The translations under genes and the position numbers were made by a program. Below are positions 29,283 to 42,788 of a DNA stretch of 64,000 nucleotides, one piece after another. This stretch comes from the human T2T-CHM13v2.0 reference genome, Homo sapiens, in assembly GCF_009914755.1 (NCBI RefSeq), contig NC_060933.1; one strand, given 5' to 3'. Every line of letters starts with the position of its first letter. Position 1 is the first letter of the stretch. The notes beneath the pieces were generated by a model. That model did not search any database. It was not told the DNA's origin and was given only the letters and a program-made list of their open reading frames with translations.

Positions 29283-30615
29283 TTAGAACTGTGTTCCATG
29301 GTTTTAAAAGTCCCGAGAATTGTAAAAATTTACATGGGTTGAAAAATTTTCAAAGATCTTAATAAAATTAAGTTTGATTATAATTCCATTTGATTTGCTC
29401 ATGTTTTATGCTAGCTATTCTTGCTACCTTTAGAGAGAGGTAGGTTAAAACAAATAAGAGGCTTGCAATGATAAGGGATAAAAGTAATATTTGGATAGGT
29501 ATTGGTATAAGAACTGTTTTTGTGATATAATCTGAATTGTCTGTTTACCCTCAGGAAAATATAATTAGGTCATTTCCAGCCACACTCCTGTTCAATCTTT
29601 AGCTACTTAAATTTTATCAGCAGCATCATTATTTAACATTCTAACACACAAGTTAGCCTTATTTACTTTATTTTGTTTTGCTCAATCCTACTGACATCCT
29701 TTGAGATACTGTGCAGAACATAACTCAGAATTGTCCTGAGGGATGAGGAAGTTGTTACTCCCTTTCATAGGTTACTCCAGAGGGTATCAACTTCCTGGGA
29801 CTTCCTGGTGGAATATACTCCAGTGGCCAGATAATGCTTTCAGGCAGAGAAATTCAGGAAGCCACTGGCTTGTAAGGGAAGCATCCACAGGCGATCTCCA
29901 AGAGGGCTGAGGGAATATGAGTGAAGCACCAACAGAGTTTGGCATGGTGTATATAAAAAGATAAAGAAACAAAGAGTAGGATTCTGTGGCCAATGCATAG
30001 TTGAATGGAATAAAATAAATTTCCTTATTATTAGACTTCTCAGTAATTTTAATATTCATCACGAACAGATTATATAGCTTTTGTCAAACTTACTTGACCA
30101 AGGAACACATTTTTGAAGGAATATTTCACAAGGCTAATAGTTCCTAGAAAATAGTTTGTAAATATCTCATTTCCTGCATTTACGCAGTGTCTTTATGTTC
30201 AAAACACACTCGCAGGCCCCAGATGGGATTAAAGAGATGTAGGGGTAAATCTGACTTAAATCTTGCCTTTAGGTTGCTTATGATCCAGTAGGGAAGATGA
30301 GGCATGTGTGAAACAGTCATAATGTACATATAAGAAATTACAGTGATATGGGAGATTAAAGATTATCTCTAGCTGGGATACAAGGGAGGCTTCCTGGATG
30401 AAGTGGCATTGACCTGGACCTTGAATTTAGGGTAGGCTTGGAGAATGTTAAGAGAGAGGGAGTACCACTTTACTCTAGGCTTAGGAAACAACATAAGGAG
30501 GGGATTTAATGGGGGAATAGTGTTGAAACACTAGTATAGATAGCCATAAAGTCTACAAAAGGTTGGCCAGATAAGAAACAAAATATTGTCTAAAACTTCT
30601 CTCAGTAATAAGCTG

Positions 30616-30690
30616 TACATATATATATATATATGTACACACACAATATATATATAAACATATATATGTAGTATACATATACACACAAAC
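30616..30690. repeat. (TA)n/(CA)n compound microsatellite
   Basis: 'tacatatatatatatatatgtacacacacaatatatatataaacatatatatgtag...'. Confidence 0.85.
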
Positions 30691-31716
30691 GTATCTTCAG
30701 AATCCTGATAATTACCTTTCCATGTTCACATACACCCTTATGCTCTTGGTTGGTGAATCTAGAAAATAGTTCAAAATGTCATGGAACTGCCTGGTAGTCT
30801 GTGGACAGCTCTCTTGAGATTTCTCATCACTTTCACCACATCTGGAGCTGTTACAGTTGTGGTATCAACTAGCAAAAGGAGGACATTGAAAACTCCCCTC
30901 CATAGAAGACTACCTATTCCAGGAGCAACTACACTCCAGAATCTGTCCCTTTAACCCCAAACTTAAAAACACTGTACTCCTTTAACTTAAGCAAGCTCTC
31001 GTAAATGCTTAGGTGACTACCTGTAATATAAGGCCAAGGTGATTAGTTTAGTTCTCATGTCAGTGAGAGTATGAATGATTGGTTTCATTAAAGCTCTGCT
31101 CCTGGTAAAACAATTCAAATCATATGAAATTATATTGTTGAAAATATACCAAGAGCTTGAAGAAAAAAAATTAATGACTTCTTTTCATTTTTTAAATGTT
31201 GCCTTCTAATCCTTATCCAGATGCATACATATTTTTTTCTTACCATGAGTGATTACAATTTTGTAATTTTATTTATTGATGTATCTTACTTTTTGTTTCT
31301 CCATATTCTTTTAAATTTTTATTGAAGGATCTATTTTAAAATACTAATTTGATTGTTTTGTAAAAAATCATTGTAAAAATGTCAGTCAAAACTCAAAACT
31401 ACAAAAAGAAAGTTAAAAAAAAACCCTCAAAATTCCATATCCCAAAATAACTATCATTAACATTTATTATATATAATTCTAGACATACTGGCACTGTGTT
31501 TCAGTGAGAAAGGCAGATAAAATAAAATTGAGGTAATTGCTGAACTTTAGATAAATCTCTGTTTAACAAAATATAGGGCTTCCTAAAGTATCCCTTTAAA
31601 GTTACTCATCAAAGTAGTATAGATAGACTATAAGAGATGGTAGTGGTTTCTTTGGTTTGGTTTGGTTTTTTAGCTATGAGTTTCAACTTTGATTCAGCCT
31701 TTAAGAAAGAAAATTA

Positions 31717-32092
<376 letters not shown>

Positions 32093-32237
32093 CTAATATC
32101 ATCAAGTTGTATTTGCATTATCTTCTGTAACCATAATTTCTGTAGTCCCGAGTTGTTTCTTTAGGTTCATCTCCAGGCTAACTGCATAAAGGGCTCTCAA
32201 GTTTTTTTTATACTTGAGCTCTTTCATGTTGTAGTGG

Positions 32238-32440
32238 AGCACTGTTTAATAGAACTTTTTGTGATGACAGAAATGTTCTGTATCTGTGCTGTTCAGTACA
32301 GTAACTACCAGCCATATGTGGCTTTCGAACACTTTAAATGTGGCTAGTGTGACTAAGGAACTGAATTGTAAATTTAATTTGATTTTAAATAATTAGTTAA
32401 TTAAAATTTAAATGAACACATGTAGGTAGTGGCTACCACT
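32238..32440 (+). mobile_element. MER3 (hAT-Charlie MITE)
   Basis: 'aatagaactttttgtgatgacagaaatgttctgtatctgtgctg...aaatgtggctagtgtgactaaggaactgaatt...gtagtggctacc'. Confidence 0.8.
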
Positions 32441-32631
32441 GCCATACTAACAGTGGTAGTATGGTGATCAGCAGTTCTGCCTGTGTTTAATGCTTTGGCA
32501 TATCTTCAAAGCTTTTATATGTTTATATCAAAGATATAGAATATTGGGTCATTGTTTCCATTAGAATTTTGTAAGCATTGAGTGTTGCTGTGAAAAGTTT
32601 GGAGGCTATTCTGAGTTTTTCTTCCTTATTT

Positions 32632-32665
<34 letters not shown>

Positions 32666-33052
32666 TTTTGAGAGATTCTGAAGCTGGGGTGGTCAAGGAG
32701 AGAAGGCTGCCTACATCTGTTAAAACAGGCAAGATCCATGATATTTTGAGCTATTTTACACATTTACCAAACAGTACTAATAACAGGGCTGCATGTCCAC
32801 ATAGGTGTGTCAACATGGGAAGGTTATTATATCTGCAAGGTAGTTGATATTTCAGTTTCACAAAAGAGAAACTTAAAAGAGGTTAAATAATTTGTCTAAT
32901 ATTACACAGACAGTAAATGGCAGAAATAGGATTTGATCCAACTAGTCTGTTACTGCTTTTTCTACCACCCTATAGATTTAATTTTTTTAGCAGCAAAAAA
33001 TATTTCCCTAAAAATAAATTCTTGTGTAGAATTCTAAAATATAACTTTTTAA

Positions 33053-33391
<339 letters not shown>

Positions 33392-33448
33392 AATAAATGT
33401 ATTTTAAATGTCAGGTTTTAAACATTAACTATTAAAAAGCCAATCCAT

Positions 33449-33779
<331 letters not shown>

Positions 33780-33981
33780 TTAATTAACACCATAATTTGA
33801 AATCAGAGGTTGTGACTAACAATTACAGCCTTAACATTACTCAGCATCGAACCTACTTCTATCTGGTTTGGTTTGCCATGGCGTGGAATTCATGACTCAT
33901 GCAGATAAATAGTTGTAATGGTCTCTCTGCTCAGGACATTCCTCAATTAAACTGATTCAGAAACTTAAAGGGGAGTAATAG

Positions 33982-34360
<379 letters not shown>

Positions 34361-35116
34361 TAACTTAAATAGGAAGGTCAGCCCCCAACTTATAGTAAAC
34401 ATCAAAGTTCTCTGTAGTATGCTGTGTGTCACTGGTTCAGTTATAGTTGAATACGTGAATACTGAGCTATGCCAAGTGTTTGAGCCAAGTGAACATGTAT
34501 GAGTGTTTCCTGGTACAGGACTGAGCAGAGTATCCCATGATGCACTAGATATTTACCTGAGCAAATTTTCAAAAGATGAGTTTAGACCTGTAACTTTTCC
34601 AATTAATTATACATTTATAAGAAGTTCATAAAATGTATAAAGCAAGTAAAGGAGACTTTCTTCTGATATGTGTAGAAAATAAGAAAAAAGGATTAAACTG
34701 GCAGCATAGGTTAAATTTTGGTGATTTTCAGTGTCACATAATCTGATAATTACATATTAAAATCAGTAGCTCTTTTTTCTAAACACAGTTTAAAATGTTA
34801 AAATATGTTTGAAAATCTATTTGAACCAAATGACCCACAAAACACTGCTGAACAGTTTGAAATACCTTGTAGTCCCTCTATCAAGCCTCATAGGCTTTGA
34901 TAGTTACAAATACTTAAGTCTATGTGGCATTTGTCAAAAACATTGCCCCAAGCTTTCGTGATTTTGCTCCTAAAATAGCTCCTAAAGCTATTAGTTTATG
35001 TTCTTTCTTTTGTGGCCTGGGTAAAAAGGTGGCTCACTCACGCTTGCTTGTTCTGAGTTGACAGAGTTAGAGGGGATCACTTTTCCTGGTTTCAGATCTT
35101 GTAGACATTGGAGCAA

Positions 35117-35172
35117 AGTGTGTGTGTGTGTGTGTATGTGTGTGTGTGTTTATGTGTGTGTGTGTATGTATG
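35117..35172. repeat. (TG)n microsatellite, interrupted
   Basis: 'gtgtgtgtgtgtgtgtgtatgtgtgtgtgtgtttatgtgtgtgtgtgtatgtatg'. Confidence 0.9.
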
Positions 35173-36269
35173 TTGTAAAAAGTTGTATACATTACTGGGG
35201 TTAGTGGTCCAAAAATTTTCTAGGCTGATTATATTGAATATTAACACAAATCCTGTATAAAGATCCTTACTTGGTCAGCTCTTTCTAGGAGAAGCACCTA
35301 CATTTTTTTTTACCCAGCATGAATCCATTTTTGGTAGCTCTGGAAAGGAATCCCAGAAGTGAACATTCCTCTCCTCCGGCTTTCTCTTCAGTTGAAATTC
35401 TAAGCTTCTGTGGTCCCTCATTTTAGTTCTATTCTATGGCCCTTATCTCTTTTAATAAAGAAGGAGCAGGTCCACGCAAGCAGAGAAAGCAGGTGTCAGA
35501 TGCACGCAGACATTGAAGTTTGAAGTATTCCGAACAGAGATCAAACACTGACTTCATGTATGGCAACAGGCACTTGTAAGTTTAGGAACAGCCCAAGCAT
35601 TAGTCCAGACTATGAAGTCCTTTATTAAAATCTCAAGGGATAACTTTCAAAGTGGAGTTTGAGTGCCCATAGGAGGTAATATATTTTACATATAGCTCTT
35701 ATATGCAATCTGGGATGTGAGATAGAGTCATTCATTAAACGAATGACGGTAGGAACCCTGGAGGACCTGTAGTCAACAATCTTTATCTGCTGTATGTGTC
35801 CCACTGAGGTGCAAGACATTCTCTAAGGCCATAGGCCTAGTGAGTGCCAGCTCATCTCTCACTTATTAAGTGCTTACTATTTAGCCAAATATTATCCTTG
35901 ACTCTGGAAAGACAGCAAAATAGACATGGTCCCTGTTCTCATGGAACTGATTGTATTGTGTGAGAGCAGACACTTGAAGAGAGATTTCAGTACAGCGTAC
36001 TAAGAGTGGGATAGATTTTCCTAAAGTGATTTCATCACTTCCTTTAAGCTTCTAAGGTCCTGCTGCTGCAGCTGCTTCTGCAATCATCAGCCAACATTTA
36101 TATGCTTGATTATTTTATTCTTCACAAACCCCTTTACTATAGCTACTATTATTGGCCCCATTTTATGACTAAGTAAACCGAGGCTAAGGAAAGTAAGCAG
36201 CTTGTCTGAAACCATTCTTTTGTTTAACCTGCTAATATGAAAGGATATGACTGCTTCAAATACAAGAAA

Positions 36270-37403
36270 ATACTGTCAAGAGAATGAGAAGACAAGCCAC
36301 AGACTAGGAGAAAATACTTACAAAAGACATATCTGATAAAGAATGGTCATCCAGAATACACAAAATACTCTTAAAACTCAACAACAGGAAAATGAACAAC
36401 CCAAATTAAAAATGAACAAAAGACCTGAACAGACATCTTACTAAAATAGTTACATAGATGGCAAATAAGTATAGAAAAAGATGCTCCACATCATATGTCA
36501 TTCGGGAACTGCAAATTAAAACAATTAGATAATACTATGCCTGTTAAAATGGCCCAAATCCCAAACAATGTCAATACCAAATGCTGGTGAGGATGTGGAA
36601 CAAAAGGAACTCTCATTTGTTGCTGGTAAAAATGCAAAATGATACAGCCACTTTGGAAAATAGTTTGGCAGTTTCTGACAAAACTAAATATTTTCTTACT
36701 ATACAAACCAGCAATCTTGCTTTTTGATATTTATCCAAATAAGCTGAAAAGTTATGTTCTCAGAAAAACTTACATATGGTTGTTTCTATCAGTTTTATTC
36801 ATAATTGCCAAAACTTAGAGGAAAAGTAGATATCCTTCAATAGGTGAATGGATAAATACACTGTGATACATCTAGACAATGGAATATTATTCAGGGCTAA
36901 AAATATATGAGCTATCAAGCTATGAAAAGACATAGAAGAACCTTAAATGCATATCACTAAGTTAAAGAGGCCAGTCTGAAAAGGCTACATACTGTATGGT
37001 TCCAACTATTCTGGAAAAGCTTTAAAACTATTTGAAAGATCAGTAGTTTCCAGGGCATAGGCAGGACAGAAAGATGAATAGGAGAAGCACAGAGGATTTT
37101 TAGGGCAGTGAAACTATTCTGTATGATACTATAATGGTGGAGACATGTCATTATACATTTGTCAAAACTTAGAGAATGTGCAATATCAAGAATGAGCCCT
37201 AATGTGAACTACGGGCTTTGGATGATAATGATGGGTCAATGTAGGTTCATCAGTTGTAACAAATGTACCATTCTCGTGTGGGATGTTGATAGAGAGGAAG
37301 GTTGTGTTTGTGTGGGGGAAAGTGATATATGGGAACTTTCTGTACTTTCCACTCATTTTTTTCTGTGACCTAAACTTCTCTAAAAATTAGGTCTGCTTAA
37401 AAA
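36270..37403 (+). mobile_element. 5'-truncated L1 (L1MC1-like) ORF2 end and 3'UTR
   Basis: 'caagagaatgagaagacaagccacagactaggagaaaatac...aatgctggtgaggatgtggaaca...ccctaatgtgaactacgggctttgg...gtaggttcatcagttgtaacaaatgtacca'; aaaatactgt flanks both ends. Confidence 0.85.
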
Positions 37404-38970
37404 TACTGTTAGCTCTTTTGTTAAGATTTATAAAGAAGGTTATTGTAGCAATCAATGGGCCCCAGGTTCAGCATTTTTTTTTTAACCCACATTAGGGTAA
37501 GGGTAACATTTTATTTAGTAGAGCTCTAGGTAGCCTTGAATCTACTAATCACTTCATTTATTTTTAAGTCTTATACAACTTTGGGCAGATGTCAGAAGAA
37601 GATGCTAAGGAAAAATACCCTTAAGCAAGAAGAAGAAGGTTATACACCTTAATTTTCTTTTTTAACTTTAGAAATCTCACCATGTTAAACTTCCTCATTT
37701 GAAATCTGTTGTTAATGGCTGTTTTCCTCCCACAGATGAGGGTGGGCAGATTATTACCAGTCCATGCTGACTTTGAACAGGGCATACATTATGGGAAGTC
37801 CCCACTGAGTTTATTATTAGTCCTGTATATAACAGAAGAAACCTTGAAAACCTCTACCCAACCTTGACCCTTTGTTTCCTGTTTGCGTTATTGTTTGTGG
37901 TGGTGTGCTGCTGCCTGACCTACTATAAATGCCAAGTGCACAGCTCCTTTGAATTTCACACTGCAGCCATAAATCGTTTGTCCATTTATAAATAAAATAA
38001 AATGTGGGATATGATGGAGCTCAAGAGAGCATATTGTCTGAAACTCTTGGATCTCATTCTCAGCGCAGATGTGCCAAAGCTGTTTGGCACAGTATAAATT
38101 GAGCTGGATGTTAGGACTGTTCACAGCCCCCTGGGGGCAGGTGGGCTGGGTACTTGGCTGAGATTGCCTCAGAGCATTAGAAAATGGTAATTGCCTGAGA
38201 CTTCTTATGTTTTCTCCTGAAGTGTTACTCTCTTCCTGGTTCTCTAGTATAACTGTGAGGGTTGATTTGAAATAGCCAGAAGTATTAATGATTGAGAAAA
38301 AAAGTATTATACTCAGACTACATAAAAAGCAGACTCTACAGAGACAAATGTAAAGAGAAAACAAATTCTATTTCTAATCCTATTTTATTTGGTTCGAAAA
38401 TGCTAGGAAGTTCTGGAAGATTGAACTCCACGTTGATGCTCTACTTTCTACGTTAGTGTTTTTTTTTTTTTTTTTCCCATGGAGTTAGAGCAGGATATGG
38501 TACCTCATGAATTAATGCTAACTGGTTATTGAACAAGAATTGTGTGGAAGTGAGTTAAGAGATGGTCTTGTGTCATGGAAAGCATAGTAGTAGCTGGACA
38601 CTGGGGTGCTGCCTCTAGTTTTACTACCAATTAGGGTTATAAACTGATGCTGCGCACTTAAATTTTAGGGCGTCTGATGCCTCCTGTGTAAAATCTGAGA
38701 AGAGAAGAAGGTTGACTTAGCCTGTGGTCACCAAGGTTCCTCCTTGTTGTACCTTTTTAGAGTTTTGTGAAAATAACCTGGGATGCCAGGTGTCAGCTTT
38801 GGATGTCCTCCTTTGAACAGTCTTCCCCAGACTTTTTTGTCAGCCTAGCGAGGGGTCCACAGTGGCATTGACACTGTCTGCCCTGCACTACAGGATGAAC
38901 AGATCATAGGAGAGTACTGATTCTCCAACCTTACATGGTCTAACACTTTGTAGTTTAAAAAGCACTTCTG

Positions 38971-39318
<348 letters not shown>

Positions 39319-39465
39319 TTATTGTCCAGAGTTTACAGTGAGGAAATATCTGTAGAGACACAAAGTGTGCTTATCCACACCATACAGAATCATCCAAGGC
39401 AGTCGTAGCCCAGTAGTATAGGCTTAGGAGTTGAAATGACCTGGGTTTGAATCAACTGCCATTTA

Positions 39466-39890
<425 letters not shown>

Positions 39891-40341
39891 GGGCTTTGCA
39901 CAGTATCACCTCTGGAATATATTCTTAAAAATGATAGCTATAATTACTTATTATTAAGTGAAGGCTTTAGGCCTTCTAATTCTACATTCATGATCTTTCC
40001 ACTATACCTTTCATTTATTGGTAACAGACATTTTTATGATCTCAGTTACATTAATGTTTGGAGATTAATGTGTCTAAAAATTGTCAGTTAATGGCCAACT
40101 AAGTCCTGTGTGTTTAAGGACCTTCTGAGAAGGCCGTATTAGTCAGCTATTGAATGGGGTGAAAATGGGTCATAGGTCAGCCTGAAAGAACCTTTTATTC
40201 CACACTTCTCAAGGAAAACAGAAAAAAAACCAATGAACCAACCCCCAGTTTTTTAAAAAATTGTTCTTATAAAAATAATACACAGTAGTTTATTTTAAAT
40301 TGTTTTGGAAAAACAGAGAGTGCAAATAAGAAAGAAATTAA

Positions 40342-41296
40342 TGCTTTTTCTTTGAGAAACACAAAATGGCAGATGATGCAGGTGCAGCGCATGGGCGGGG
40401 CAGGTGCCCTGGGGGCCCTGGGATGGGGAACCTCGGTGGCTTCCGCAGATGCTTTGTGGCATCCGGGGCCAGGGTTGTGGCCATGGTCAGGGCTGGGGCC
40501 GAGGCCGGGGCCGAGGCCACGGAGCTCGCGGAGGCAAGGCCAAGACAATGAGTGCATGGCCTTCACCAAGCTGGGCCGCCTGTTCACAGGGACATGAAGA
40601 TCAAGTCCCTGGAGGAGATCTGTCTCTTTTCCCTGCCCATCAAGGAGTCTGAGATCATTGACTTTTTCCTGGGGGCCTCTCTCAAGGATGAGGTTTTGAA
40701 GATTATGCTGGTGCAGAAGCAGATCTGTGCAGGCCAGCGCACCAGGTTCAAGGCATTTGTTGCCATCAGGGACTACAATGGCCACGTTGGCCTGGGTGTT
40801 AAGTGCTCCAAGGTGGTGGCCCCTGCCATCTGTGGGGCCATCAACCTAGCCAAGCTCTCCATTGTTCCCGTGCACAAAGGCTACTGGAGGAATAAGATCG
40901 GCAAGCCCCACGCCATCCCTTGAAAGGTGACAGGCCGCTGTGGCTCTGTGCTGGTGTGCCCAGGGGCACTGGCATCGTCTTTGCCCCCATGCCCAAGAAG
41001 CTGCTGCTGATGGCTGGTATCGATGACTACTACCCCTCAGCCAGGGACTGCACCTCCGCCCTGGGCAACTTTGCCAAGGCCACCTTTGATACCATCTCTA
41101 AGACTTACAGCTACCAAACACCCGCCCTCTGGAAGGAGACTGTATTCACCAAGTCTCCCTATCAGGAATTCACTGACTACCTTATCAAGACCCACACCAG
41201 AGTCTCCGTGCAGAAGATCCAGGCTCCAGCTATGGCTACAACACAGGGTTTTTACACAAGAAAAATAAAGTGAATTAAGCTGGTTAAAAAGAAAAG
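40342..41296 (+). pseudogene. RPS2: Processed pseudogene of 40S ribosomal protein S2 (uS5)
   Basis: Intronless. ATG at 40366 gives MADDAGAA; frames encode the RG-rich N-terminus, '[38 protein letters not shown]' and '[35 protein letters not shown]'. Frameshifts and a TGA at 40921; pyrimidine-rich 5' leader; AATAAA at 41264; A-rich tail; 13-bp TSD agaaagaaattaa at 40329-40341 and 41297-41309. The symbol is the parent gene; the pseudogene number is unknown. Confidence 0.97.
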
Positions 41297-41904
41297 AGAA
41301 AGAAATTAACAAAACATGTTGCATATGGTTTCATCGCTTATAAACAAATACAACTCACCTGATGGTATAATTTATTTGTTTTCTTTGAAAGGAATTATTT
41401 TTGTTCTTGTTGATCATAATTACTACCAACTGTATGTATAATTTAGTAGCCTAAAAATATGGGCCTCAGCTGTTGATAATCCTAATAGTGATTGTTTCTT
41501 GGTTTTGAGGAAAGTAAGGGGAGTGGGAACACAGAGTAGCTACTTTAGCAGTTTTTTTTTAAAGGCTTAAATTTTATTTCAAACTGCAAAGGAAAAGCCA
41601 CAAAGTCTGCAGGTGAAGCTCAAGTTTCGAAGTTGGAAACCTGATTCCAGCCTGTTGTTGATACTGTGTTACCATAGATAAGACCACTCATTTTCTTTGA
41701 ACCTCAGTTTTACAACCTAAAAGTCACAGAAGCAGGCCTAGGATTGCCCCAAAACTGATTTTCAATTCCTAAAGCCTCCTGATGTGTAACTACAAGAATA
41801 GAGCCTATCAACCTCACAAGTCTCTTCAGATTCACTTCCGCATAGCTGTAGATGCCTCCAGCTGTTCTCCAAATTCTAGCCACCAAGGGCAACCAGATGG
41901 ACAC

Positions 41905-42420
41905 TACATATAGGTTTGCTGTTGTCATGAAATCTGCTGCATGAGAACCATGTCAAACTCAGTAGCTCAAACCACAAGTATTTATTCTTACAGATATGCA
42001 GGTCCAATTGAGGGTTGACAATGAAGCTGAGCTTGGCTGGGTGGCTCTGTTGCTCTTGGCCAAACTCATTCAGATGTCTGGGATTCTGGTGGAGACTGGC
42101 TGATATAAGCTGCACTCAGCATGGGCAGTTAGGTCCTGTTGCCCAAGTCTCTCATCCTCTTGCTGGATCCAGTGGGTCAGAGGGTCATGTCGTGGCAGAG
42201 GCACAAGAGAGAAGGCAAGTCATGCAGGGCTTTTCAAGTCTTTGGTCACAATGCACTTGCTGACATTTATTTGGTAAAGGTAAGCCACATGGTCAAACCC
42301 AAAGCCAAAGGGTAGGGAAATGTGCTTCATCCTTTTAGGAGGAGGAGTTGCTAAATCACATGGTAAAACAGGTAGATACAGAGAGGGCTGAAGAGTTGGG
42401 CCATTGATGCAATCTACTAG
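41905..42420 (-). mobile_element. MLT1 (H/I-like) MaLR LTR
   Basis: 'aaactcagtagctcaaaccacaagtatttattc...gccacatggtcaaacccaaagccaaagggtagggaaa...ttgggccattgatgcaatctacta'. Confidence 0.7.
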
Positions 42421-42601
42421 ATAGCATTCTCCTTTTGGAAACGTGAAGCTGCATATATCACCTCCCACATACATTTGCACTGGTTGGTCTCAGGAAAAGA
42501 TTTTCTGCACCTGATACCTGTCCTTAAAGAATGGAAGATCTGGGTCTACCTTTCTTGGGACTCATTTTTCTTGCTAATCAGGTATCCAGGATCGCACAGA
42601 T

Positions 42602-42788
42602 CAGTGCTACTCAAAGTGCTGTTCAAGGGCTGGCAAAATCAGCAATACTTTAGAGATTGTTTGAACAAATTCTTGGGCCCCATATCAGACCTATTGAATC
42701 AGAAATTCTGGGGATGGGGTCCAGGAATCTGCATTATGAAAAGTTTTCTGGGTGAGTCTAATGCTCAGTAAAGTTTGAAAAACACTGG
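42602..42788. mobile_element. MER5A/B hAT-Charlie MITE
   Basis: 'cagtgctactcaaagtg...gggccccatatcagacctattgaatcagaaattctgggg...aaagtttgaaaaacactg'. Confidence 0.8.

Noticed and set aside
37888-38364. 158-aa minus-strand ORF
   Set aside because: It has a non-ATG start and no recognisable homology; probably a chance ORF.
40267-40785. 172-aa minus-strand ORF, the longest in the window
   Set aside because: It is an antisense shadow of the GC-rich RPS2 pseudogene.
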